Source: Kudoa neothunni
Taxonomy: Eukaryota; Animalia; Cnidaria
Length of the DNA stretch: 64,000 nucleotides
Assembly: GCA_964304625.1 (NCBI GenBank)
Contig: OZ199838.1
Location: forward strand, 8,853,904 to 8,917,903
Reading direction: 5' to 3'
The position numbers and the translations under genes were made by a program. The notes beneath the pieces were generated by a model. The model saw nothing but the letters and a program-made list of their open reading frames with translations, ran no database searches and was not told the DNA's origin. The number at the start of each line of letters is the position of its first letter. The stretch's first letter is position 1. Below are positions 41,656-53,618 of the stretch, piece after piece.

Positions 41656-43693
41656 ATGGGGTTCGATAAATTTCTGTGCACTTGTGCGTATCGATTAATG
41701 ATGGCGTGTTACTTGGTATCAACAACATGTGTGTGTTGGCTGGTGGTGATCTTTCATGTGTTGGATTTTGTGCCACGCTTGGCCTTTATATCATCTTATA
41801 TCAAACAACATTCCGTGGAAATATTTCATTATATAGATATGTTTTATATAAATTTGTTTAACTGGAGAAAAGTGAGTTTACGTTACGTTATATTAATCAG
41901 CAATCTTATGATCACGATAAATATTATGTTTGACCATTGACTTGTATAGATATATATCTATGGTGACGAGCGCCTGAAAAATAGTTTCAAAACATCAAAC
42001 AACATTTTCATTGTGAATCATCAATGCACATGTAATTGTAATGTGTACAGTGGTTATAAGTTGATTTTGGTTGTGCAGGTGACGTTCATGTGGTTTCTTG
42101 TTTGTGTTACTACACCAACCAAATGGTGAACACGAGACCAATATTCAAAACCTCTCTAAAATATATTCCAATATGTGGTGCTGGAGTTGTGCTAGTATGG
42201 CGGTATTCACATAGTTGATTCAATAATGACCTTTATCTAGTGTAATTCAGTGGATATATGCCGAAACAATCGACAACGAGATATCAATTACCTGAAAAGT
42301 TAATAATTTAATATTATGTTTTGCGTTTATTTGGATTAGAACATCCCAAGAGGTTATTAAAAAGGGCGAAAAAGTATAACTTTAATTTATTTATATTCAT
42401 ACATCAATTAATTAATTATATTTGAATATTCAAAATTTAATTCAACTAAAAACTTAATTTTAATAGTTGTTATTGGCTCGTATTCGTATAAATTAAATCC
42501 TGAACGCCTTTTGAGCTGGCGCATGTTCGTTTTAAACGCTCGTTACTTCCATTTTATGTTACGTATTTGATTTTTTTGACGATCTGCTATCGCTAATTAC
42601 TTTTGGTTTATATGAGCGTAACGACCGACCAAAAATAATTTACAGCGTTTATAGTCGAAAGTAGTAAAAAAAAGGATTAATTTGTATCGCGCCAATGGAC
42701 ACCTAAATCTTTATCAATAATGATGAATTGTAGGTCTTTAGATATATTTTAAACAATACTGTTAACTAAGTGATTCGAAATTGATTTGGATGTTTAGTTC
42801 AGTTTTATGTTATTCCCAGAAGGGACACGGTTCAAAAGAAGTCATTTACATAGGATTAAGTCGTCTAATAAATTCTGTGAAGAAAATGGTATATCGTGTG
42901 AGATTATATTTTTTCATTGTTTTTAGGAATTGATAAATATAAGTTTCTTCTTGCTCCAGCATCTGAATGGATTGAAAGTAATAGGAAATTAGATTTAACA
43001 CAAATAACCTCTCGCTAGATACTGATGGAAGTGCTACAAGAAAAACTTGATGAAATTTACGACATTACCATTGTTGCGTTTGACAGATCGCAAAAGAAAC
43101 ATATTAACGGATGTCTTCATTATCCAAGTACGAGTTATTTGAATCGGAAAAAATTTTGTGTTGAGCATAGAATTCAGATTTTTTATCTTTTTTCATGTTA
43201 TCGATCAATTAATTAATTCATTCAATTAGGTGTATTTCTTGATGAGAATATTGAATTCCATGTGTGGATGAGAGTTTTAACGGCAAATAAAATCAAAGTA
43301 GTCTATTTTGGTTTGACTGAAAACTTGACCAACTAATTTGTTAGAGTCTCAGTAAGGACTGTTCCTTTCTTTTGGAATGGTTTAGAGAGAAGGACAAGTA
43401 TATCTACCTATTATTGTCTGATTGAGATGCTTCTTATAGATTTATTGAGCAATTTGAGGATGAGAATTATATTGAAAATTTGAAACAAAAATCTTTCCAT
43501 ATCTTTCAATAGGAAACTAAATCTTCCGGTGGTAATGAGCTCGCTTTGCATGTTTAGTGGGCCGATCTTGATCACAATTTTACTCTGTACACTTGGCTTT
43601 AAGATAACTTGCTCACTTTGGATGATATCATCACTTCTTGGTTACTTTTATCTCTATATACATGAAAACAGTATCCTTAACTCTAGATCTTAA
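41656..43693 (+). pseudogene. AGPAT5: Multi-exon 1-acylglycerol-3-phosphate O-acyltransferase, AGPAT5-like; apparent frameshifts (pseudogene or assembly errors)
   Basis: Exons spliced over short GT-AG introns give NHQCTCD (HxxxxD), KTSLKYIP..G, LFPEGTRF, LDEIYDITIV, WFREKD and a C-terminal TM pair (..LGFKITCSLWMISSLLG) like AGPAT5. +1 shifts at about 42959 and 43487-43491; unresolved phase across 42300-42740. Confidence 0.75.
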
Positions 43694-43926
43694 CTCTCCC
43701 AAATGTTCGTTTCAATCTCAAACTATCTGGCAATTTTTGTTTGATCTTGTTTTTAGTTAAAAATAAAAAAAATTAAATGCGCTGCCTTGAGTTGCGATTC
43801 AAACACCGGCTTGTGACAATACACTCAGATGAATTTTTTACTGACCATTAACTTGTTCTCTCAGATTCGTCGGTTATTAAATTTTTTAACTATTTGATTT
43901 AAAAGTTGCTTTGTTCTATCATCGTA

Positions 43927-45600
43927 CAATAGGTAACCGATAATACGCAATCCCCTCGAGACCGTCCAAAACGAATTGCGTATAAAACGTTGCAACCGAT
44001 ATTACACAGTTAAAATGCGCGCTCGGTTATTTTTATTTGTGGTTTCTTTATTCTTCAGCATGAGTAATACAATTTATCTTTGGATGAAAATAACTAAAAA
44101 TACATTTTTAAGATTATTTGGCTGAAAAATAATTTGTTGATTTGTTTAAGACATATTTTTCGATAAAATATTTATATCCTTTTACATTGGGATGAAATTT
44201 AGTAAATAATGGGTTCTTTGAAATTATAAATGTTATTTTATTTCTTTTCATTTTTATTTATAGTGCTGCGTGAATTTTTTAATGTTTTGACCTTAAAATT
44301 AAAAAAAAGGGCTAACCTACACTATCTGTGTTTTCTTCGTTAAGTTACGTGTAATTTCGGTTCTCAAAACGTTCAATGTTTAAGTTTAGAAAAATGTTCA
44401 CATTGGAAAACATTAACGACATGCCAATGTTCGATCATGCTTATTTTAGTGAAGATCATCATTATACTATTAAAGTTTTACAAGCAATTGGGCTTTTACA
44501 TGAGTATAAGAAATGTACATGTGGCGAAAGAATGTACTTATACAAACGATATGCTTTAAGGAAAGATAGCATTTTCGGAATGTCTAACCTTCCTTTGTAC
44601 AAAGCACTCATTTTAATGGTCTGTTTTATTAAGTATCCTTCTTTAACTTACGACGAACTGTTGTGTGAACTTGATATTGGTTCTTTTACATCCATTAGTG
44701 AATGGAAAACTATTATCCGTTATTTTATGGCATCAAAACTTGACGAAGATTTTTCAAAAATTGGTGGACTCGGTAAGATAGTACAAATCGACGAAACTGC
44801 CATTTGTAAAAATAAATATAACATCGGCCGAATATTAAAAAACCAGCAATACTGGATGATAGGAGGCATCGATGAGGATGGAAATTGTTTCCTTAAAATT
44901 TCTAATGTTAGAAACAAACAAACTTTAGAAGAAATAATTATGGAAAACGTAGAGGAAGGAAGCACTATTTGGACAGATGGATGGCGTGGATACAATAGTT
45001 TGGCAGATTTGGGTTTTACACATGGGACGGTTATTCATAAAAGGCACTTTGTTTCACCTACTGGATTCACACTAATAGAATAGAAGCAACCTGCGGCGCA
45101 TTCAAGCGCAAATACAGAAACATCACCAATAAAACCCTAGAAACATTACCAGAATATGTGCCCGACTTTTTGTTTAGGAGAAGATACCCCAAACAAGAAA
45201 TTAGTGTGTCATGCCATTATATAATGAACTTTTATATGTGATTTCAAAATTGTTTACGAAGTTTGGGGTTTCTTGCCGAAGAAAACACAGATAGTGTAGG
45301 ATAGCCCTTTTTTAAATGATTTTCCATTATTTATAATATTCATAAAAAAATTCAACCGTTAAAACTTAAGTCTTACCCTTTTTATAACAAAAAATAAAAT
45401 TTTCGTGATTTGACTGTATAAGTGCGTATTGTCTATCAGCCACGAGACATAACAGATTGGTAATTCCCTACTTTAATTCAAAAATATTTTAGGAGACTCA
45501 TACCTTTTTATAATCATAAAAGTATTATGAAACGTAACCACCTAATATAAACTTTGAATACGTCATATTGATGAAAGTGCGTATTATCGGTTGCCTACTG
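43927..45600. mobile_element. Tc1/pogo-type MITE hosting a Merlin element
   Basis: TA|caataggtaaccgataatacgca ... tgcgtattatcggttgcctactg|TA: TIR of about 23 bp with TA TSD. Confidence 0.75.
44309..45307 (+). mobile_element. Merlin/IS1595-like transposon, transposase about 44376-45240 with a frameshift near 45065
   Basis: 31-bp TIR gggctaacctacactatctgtgttttcttcg / cgaagaaaacacagatagtgtaggatagccc. Motifs VQIDETA, WTDGWRGY and HTNRIEA (shifted frame). Confidence 0.9.
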
Positions 45601-46652
45601 TAATAATTGAATGTCATAAATTCCTAAGAAACGTTCAAAATTGGAAATTGAAACAATTTACTGTAGGTTCAACTTTCCCATATGTTTGCTGTCACAACGA
45701 CCTCACGAACTAAAAAAACGATGTGCATCCTTCGAGAAATTTTTACGTTAGTCTATTAACCCCAGAATATGTTGTAATTAAATTTTGCAACGTCTTTAAG
45801 GAAGAAAATGATCATTATTTGGTCTATTCTTTAATAAGAATTATTTATATAGTCATAAATAGTTTTTTAGTTATTATAATGCTGTATTTCCCCGGTTATA
45901 GAACCTACACCGAAAATAAGGCATAATGGTATTTTTGAGCTGGTTTTTAATATAAGGCCTATTCGAATATTTTAATCCCAATTATTCTGAATTATATAAC
46001 AAAATAACCGATGATATAATTTTGTTGGACAGTTATAATAGAAATTTAAAAAGTGAGATGATCAATAAGTACGTAGATTTGGGGTTTGATGGTCATTTTA
46101 TCTTCGCTTTTGTAATATGCGAAAAAAGCACAGTTAAGCAAATACGCACAAACTATAAGTAGGTGTAAAAACATTAGAGCGCCTTAGTTAATTCAATTCC
46201 CTTACAATTTTTAAAGAGAAGATCAATATATTAAACAAATAATATGTTCCACATTGTGTTTCTTTCAACACAAATATTATTGTCTATTCTATAAAAAAAG
46301 TATTTTTTTAATTCTGTTATATGAGCTAGATAACGCATATGAAGTTTTGTCGGTTACAAACATAAGACCTGCCTCAAAATGTGACCTAATGCCTTTCTTA
46401 AACTAAATAAAATTTAAGACCTATCTTATATTTGGAGAAACACAGTATTACAAAAAATAAATGATATCTGTGCACATTGTGCTTTTTGGGGTCGATTAGA
46501 CACCCCAATTTTAATCAGTAAAAGAATACAATAAAATGTTACTAAGTTCGGATTTAAGTTAACTGATTTCCGCCAAAGAAATCGTGGGTAAAGTGTTAAT
46601 AACGTTCTAATAGTTACTAATGAGAATGAAGAAATTATACGTTGTTTTAGAC

Positions 46653-47682
46653 CAGGGTTTTCCAAACTTTTTTCTTCGTCGACTTCCCTCCAAAAACGTT
46701 ATTGAGAATATTAAAATATTCTCAGATTTTTGACTGGAATAAGTAAAAATGTGCGCAATATATTTCATTAAGATTCTATTTCCAATGCATAGTAAAATCC
46801 AACATTTTACGAGTAGAAAAGCTTTCATTTATTAATGATGTAACATCAAAATATATCCGAAAAATCTTAGATATTTTTAAATTTACACAGATATTAATAA
46901 TCAAGTAATAACGCAAAAAACAATTATATTGGCAAATTTACCACAACGAATCTTTTTCATCGTAAATCGCACTCAATAGGCCTCCTAAGTGAGGTCGTCT
47001 GTATATGATTATAGTTACGCGCTCTTTCACAAACTAATTACAAAGGCAGATTTTAAGATTAAGTTACATCATATATAGAGAAGTTAATATTTACCTACGG
47101 TTGTCTTTAAAGTTAATAAGAATATCTTAATCATTACTTTAAGATAATTTTCCGTATCCTGAGGTTGCTTGAAGAGTTTGCCAAGTGTCCACAGGGGTTG
47201 AAACGACAATTGCAGAATATTATAATTATTTTCTCAACTTTTGTAATTTTCATTCAAATCAATTTTAAAAATAAGGCTTATTCTTCTTAGTTAATTATAA
47301 ACTTAATTTAAACTATTGTTATTGTTTTTATGCTGTTGATAACAACCAATACTAGTGATCATTTAAATTTAAGAAAAATTTGAAACCAGTTTATTTACTA
47401 GTTTTTTATGAGCTGCAAAGTATGTCTCTGCGTAAGTAAAAAAAATTAAATTACATAATTAGGAAAATTGGTGATTGACTTTAACCTGAAAATAAAAAAT
47501 AAATGTTATGGGATAGTCAATTAATTTTATTAAATAACGTAGCATTAAATTGAAAGGTCGGAAACATTATCTCAAAATCCCATAAAATTCAGTGGAATCT
47601 CTATAGCTTCTATCGACCCTCTTTCGACCCCTTGCGTAATTATCGACCCAAGGGGTTGTTACCGACCACTTTACAGTTCCAT
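46653..47682. mobile_element. Probable old hAT-type non-autonomous element
   Basis: cagggttttccaaactttt left end and cgaccc-rich right subterminal region. TIR and TSD are degenerate. Confidence 0.35.
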
Positions 47683-48220
47683 GATCTAAAAAATGCATAG
47701 AAAAAAATAAAGTTATCTATTTTTGTTCACATTATTTTATGTTTACGCACGGAAGGTACACATAACCGGTTTTAGACTTCAGGAAAATATTTGATTGTTA
47801 AATTATTCTCAGTTTAATGTATTAAATTGAAACCCTCCATGTAAAATTAGCCTCCGAAATTAATTCAAATTAACTAGATGAAGTTACGATTCTGAAAAAA
47901 TTTTAAAATAATTTATAATTTGGACTAACCTTATAGCACAATATATTTTAAGCACTTACTTGCAACTAAGAATAATTCTTGAGTCAAAAAGCCCTTATTC
48001 GAAATTAATTACAAGAAAATAAGTCATTTAAATCAAAAAGCATCTAGATATTTTGACATTTCCCGCGTCTCTATTTAATGCTTTCTAAAATAGCTCAGAG
48101 GCACAAATTCATCGACTATATAGCACCAAGTACTGTAAATCTCAAAACAAAATAAAGATAACGAATAAAATAATATATTTAGTTTTATGCTCAAAATAGC
48201 ATAATAGACGAGTATATTGT

Positions 48221-49165
48221 TTATGCTGAAATGTCTGCCTTTTTATTTTTGTTAGTTTCATTAGCGAACGCTTCCCCCGATTCGATAAGTTTATTGGAGA
48301 ATACCAGAAATATTACCACAGTGAGCAACAGATATATTTGGAATATTTTGTAGATGAGACTGTTTAATAGTGAGTCCGACACTTCGGTACTACTCGCTTT
48401 ATATTTGACCATAAAGTAGACGTTGGATATTTGAATCGGTGAACCAAGTACAAAGTAGCATGTTACAATAGCAATAACAAATTTCAAGACTTCGACGCAA
48501 TGCTTGGTTACAATGTGCCCACTTCTAAATAAATTATACGTGGGATCGTTGTTGGTCTCGGATGAACTGGTTGGCCCATTTTTTTTCAAATAGAAAAACA
48601 TTTGAATGCAACAATACAACACCACTGAAAGAAATATCACATTAGCTAAAACCAAGATGGTTATGGTTGGAACGGTATTCAACCAAGCTGGTATGGAACA
48701 ATCATGAGCGGTCCTGTTTATGTAAGCTCGATGCACTTTGCCCCAGGAAACCTGGATGGAGATCAGCAACACATTCGACACAGCAATACAACCGAAAAAT
48801 ATCGCACTTTTGACATTCCTCAAATGAGTTATATAGAATTGTGGACGCATACAAATTTTAATGTATCGTTCCACTATTAAAAATAAGATCAAGGATAATC
48901 CATACATACCGAAAAAGAGCATGATTGTGACACTAAATGCACAGCCATATGGATTAACCACTTTCTGATTCAGTACAGAATAAAACAGAATAATGAAGGT
49001 AGAAAACAAAGCATTATTCCAAAATAGCACCAAACAAATTTTAGCAATAATCAACTGCAAACGTACTCTCTTCACCAGGATATATGTTGAAATAGATGTG
49101 CATGACACATTGGCGAGAACAATCACAAAGCTAACAGCCAAACTTATTATTCCATAGGCATCCAT
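48221..49165 (-). CDS. Intronless divergent class-A-like 7TM receptor, paralog 3, 314 aa
   Basis: Aligns with paralogs 1 and 2 (LFFGMYG, ERY, WLN.P, YLKKN, FGSP/LGSP). The ATG at 49165 is in the homologous position. Confidence 0.85.
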   Translation of the reverse strand: MDAYGIISLAVSFVIVLANVSCTSISTYILVKRVRLQLIIAKICLVLFWNNALFSTFIILFYSVLNQKVVNPYGCAFSVTIMLFFGMYGLSLILFLIVERYIKICMRPQFYITHLRNVKSAIFFGCIAVSNVLLISIQVSWGKVHRAYINRTAHDCSIPAWLNTVPTITILVLANVIFLSVVLYCCIQMFFYLKKNGPTSSSETNNDPTYNLFRSGHIVTKHCVEVLKFVIAIVTCYFVLGSPIQISNVYFMVKYKASSTEVSDSLLNSLIYKIFQIYLLLTVVIFLVFSNKLIESGEAFANETNKNKKADISA

Positions 49166-51453
49166 GTTCGAGCGCAATATACCCTTCGTGTACACAAAAC
49201 AGTAAATCTCCCAGTACACTTACTTCCAAAAAGTAGATTTAAGTAGTTAATGTTGAGTGATCCGTATAGATAAATGTTGTTTACATGTATTAGCTTGTAT
49301 ATTACTTTTAAGTTTCACTAAATGACTGGAATGAAATTTTTATATCATTAGATAAATTTATGCGCTATTGGTATACTTTTGAAGAGGATTCAGTTGATAA
49401 AAAAAGTACAATTTTTCTTTATATTTTATTTTCATTAAAAGTTTGGTTGATCTAACTTCATCAAATCGACCACTAAACTTATGGTACATAATAAAGTCTT
49501 ATACTTTTAAGAAAATCGATAGTAATAATATTTTTATATTTTATATGTTAAATACAAATATTTTCATTAACTTTCGTGTAAGATCCTTCAAAAATTTTCG
49601 TTGGAAAACATATTATGTGGATTAATTTTCTGATAGGATTAACGATTTTATATGGATTTAGAAAGTAACCTGCAAAAATAATTCTCCTAAATTGTTTATA
49701 AAAACGTTAGTTGTATTATGATGTTTAATTTATTAATTTAAGAATTTTCATTTAGCTATTTGAGTCTGACCCATATTTGTTATCTATCGTTTTCACTTTA
49801 TCACTTATCAACGTTAAATCTAATTTCGAGTTCTAGATATTCTTTTTGAAATGTGATATGTTCTACTTTTGGTATAATAACAATCGCCCGTCGTATGGTA
49901 ATCGTATATCAATTAATAAAGAAATTGAATGCCAGATCAAGTCGATTAAAATTAATGAGCCAAACTTAAATTAGTTTTCACAAAATGACTCTTGGCCGTT
50001 AATATTGGAACTATTCTCTTTTATTCGTATTTAAAAACTAATTAATTATTAGAAAGTTAATAATGGAAGTCCAAATATTTTAATTTACTTCTATTGTTAT
50101 CTCATGGATGTGAATCAAAATGGTCTGTATTCGGAAATACCAACCTTCTGTCTTAATGAATATTTTAGTTAATCTTTTCTACAGAGAGCTGAAAAAATTA
50201 CGTGTGCACTGATAGACAGAGGTTGTAAAAATTAATTGGTCAAATAATTAATTTCATCTATTTTATTGTGACGGAATGTAACTAAAATTAATTGATTGCA
50301 AAATGATTTTTTAATCAATTGTTCCAAGCCCACGATGAAGAATGTGCCACTTCCATTTCACAGATTTTTTCCCGTAGCAACCGCTCTATTAAGGTCCTAC
50401 AAAGGCTATATTTTCTAGATAAAATTATCGTTTTACAAATTTAAACAATTTTTAAGGTCTTTAGATTTTATTTAAGTGATTCTACTACTATGGAAGGTTT
50501 AGATCTCATAAAGGGGAAGGTAAATATCGATATTTTGGTGATTTTTCAACTTAAGATCGTCGTGATCAATTGTTGAAGGATCATTTATGGGCCAAAATTA
50601 TAAAATAAATAATCTATGTAGTAATACCACCCTTGAATTAGTATGAATGAATTTACAATGACAAATATTCATGTGTTTCAACTATTTGCCGGTATCTCCC
50701 AACCGAATATAAATAATTTGATTTGGAACGATTTCTGTGGTAACTTTGAATTAAGATTAGCATATCATTATTATTATTATTCGAGAAACGTATAGCTTGT
50801 TGTGTCAGCTTCATTTTTTTGAGTTAATATTCGGCTAATTCTTAATCCGGCAGCCCATGTGCAATCAATATTCTACATTTTTACTATGAGTGATAATAAT
50901 TCGACGAATTATTTATTTTTACGCACTTTAGAAACATTAGCCCGCCATCAGCAACATTTATCCTACGCCTATCCATTCACAAAGTCGGTCTAAGTCGGTT
51001 GCGAACGCGCAAAGATTACGTATTTATTATATTCATAATTTTTCCGTAGAAAGTTATTTTATTTCTTGTTTATATATTTTGCTATATTGTTTTATGCGAG
51101 TGCTATAGTTGACAATATTTTCGCGTCATATTTAAAATATTCTTATTTGAACTTAAAATTTATTGTATTTACTTAATATGAAGGTGCTTATGAAATCAGT
51201 AATATATTAATAATATTTCAGCCTTAAAAATGATGAATTCTAAAAATAGGGGTACACTCGGACCTTGCTTGGTTTTTAAACGTAGAATTAATTAAATAGG
51301 GTTATCAAATTAGATAAAGACATTTCATATACGATAACAAAAATGGAGATAACGGAGGTTTTACATTACAACAAAATTAATGAATTCAGTTATAATACAA
51401 AATTTTGTCTGAGGTTAATTTTTTTGCACTTGTGTGGTGAGAATCAATAAAAG

Positions 51454-51496
51454 CAACAATTAGTTATCATCAACAATTAGTTATCATCAACAATTA
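51454..51496. repeat. 17-bp tandem repeat, about 2.5 copies
   Basis: caacaattagttatcat x2 followed by caacaatta. Confidence 0.8.
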
Positions 51497-52142
51497 TTTA
51501 CAATGTATATTCACAAACCGTTTTATTCTAAAATTTTTATTTTTAATAACGGCGCCAAAAAAGAAAGTTTATATAATATGATTCATAGGTTATGCATATT
51601 TTATAATTATTAATTCTTGTTTTCTGTTTTTTTATTTTTCGGCTACATATTTTTATTACAAAGCTTTAAAGTAATTTTTCTCTTATTTATATTATGCTAA
51701 TAACTAAACCTTGGAATAAACATTTTAGTTATGAACAAGATTTCATCAAGCGAGGAATCAAAAGACGACTCTAAATACTATCGAGCTGAAGGTGCGTCTA
51801 ATATTTGTAAGGTTTTTATCATAAGTGGTATAGGAATAAACCAAAAGTTTGGGATGCCGATGAATTTATCATTGAAAAATCGAATTAATATCTTACCTAT
51901 GTAATTTTGAAACTTAATTGAGTTCAATAAACAACTTAGCGAATTTCATTTAACCAAATTTATGAAAAACGACTTGAAAAATTGTAATAATGCTTTTTAT
52001 AAAAATTTAGAAATTAACGGTAGTGTCGCATTTTTTGAGAAGTTCAATATATGAACTTTACGCTAGATTCAATGGTAGAAATAAAGCAGTCCAAATTGAT
52101 ATATCATTTTGTCTTTTAAGTGCTTTAATGCAACATTTAGAT

Positions 52143-53618
52143 CAGTGTTTCCCTACAAATTTTACACCCTTACCCCCATCCTAATTTCCGCGTTCACTTC
52201 GCACCCCCTCCTCCATGTGAATGTCAAGACTCAATTAATCTATTTATTTAAATGCGAAAACAATAATACCAATGAAAAATGTCTTAAAATCATATTTGTA
52301 TTATTTTAGGTTTATATTTTAACCTAAAAATTTTCCCAATTACTTCCAAAATAAATTAAAACTAAAATTTTTTGGTTAACTCAATTTGCTATGTATAATT
52401 GAAAAAGAATGAACATTATCTTTTCATTACTCACGACTTAACACTCAGTGATTGGAGTTATTATTCATTCCTGCTTATATATACCATTTTTATGTAAAGT
52501 AATAAATAATTCTAATAAATTATGTCATTATAGTTATTCCGAAATATTAGACGCAAAAAATAAATAAAAGAGTAATACTAAACTATAAGAAGTATGGTCG
52601 CTTAAATAAGTTCTTTATTAAAAGGTGAAATCAAATGAGCCAATTCGTATAGTTCACAAGAAACATAATATCAAAATCAATTGCTATTTAGTATTCATTT
52701 GATCAGGCGGTTCTCTTGCCCTCGCTGGGTTTTAATAATTAATGCAAAGCAGTACATTTTGTTGGATTATGAAACATGAAAATCGTTTTCGGATTGAATG
52801 AATTCCAATACTTATTATTTGTATATAATGAAGTCGATAAACTTGTTTCATACGCTATCCTGTGTTGAATAAATCTAGCGACTTCCTTATTCTATGTTGA
52901 GTCATATGTTAAATTAAATTTTGAGGCACTGGGTTAATAAAAATTCAGTAGATTCAAAAAATATGCGTTCTAAATATACTTTACTTAAACAACAAATATA
53001 TATTGTTAAAATTGGCATTCATTTATTTATATGTAAAAATGAATGCTTCGATCCTTGTTTTACCTATAATTTAAAGAGCAATTTAACTTAGATTTATATT
53101 AGAGACAAGGTACAAATTCGAAAGTAAAACTTGAAACGTAAATAATAAAAACTATACAATTAAACGATGGATCTCAAATTTAGACAGAAGACAAAGTTAA
53201 AATTACATAGTGGTTTTATTTTTATGGATATATATTATTTCTAAGTAGATAAAAATGCTGAAAACCTAATTACCGCTTAGGCATATAAATATGTTATTTT
53301 GAAAGATAAAAAGTTACGATTTTACATGAAAATAGCGATAGATTTTGTAAGCTGAACGGGCATAATATAAACTATTACCTTACTGCGATATTTCGTAGAA
53401 TCAAGCAGAATAAATTATCAAATCCCATTTTTGAATCGATACTGATTGATATCAAAGCCACCAGAAATATTATTGTACGCATTACGTTCTTACATGATTT
53501 AAACGAGGACTAACGAAAATTACGAAATGAGTCAATTAAGATTAATTTTTAAATTTATTCTTGAATCACTCCCACACCCCCAATGATGGCACATCGCACC
53601 CCTTGTAGGGAAACACTG
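52143..53618. mobile_element. Non-autonomous hAT element
   Basis: Perfect 15-bp TIR cagtgtttccctaca / tgtagggaaacactg. Degenerate 8-bp TSD with central TA. Confidence 0.7.

Noticed and set aside
43780-43860. tRNA-like or SINE fragment on the minus strand (gtttgaatcgc)
   Set aside because: Only a weak B-box-like match, with no cloverleaf or TSD.
51454-51496. CRISPR-like array
   Set aside because: Head-to-tail 17-bp repeat without spacers, in a eukaryotic context.
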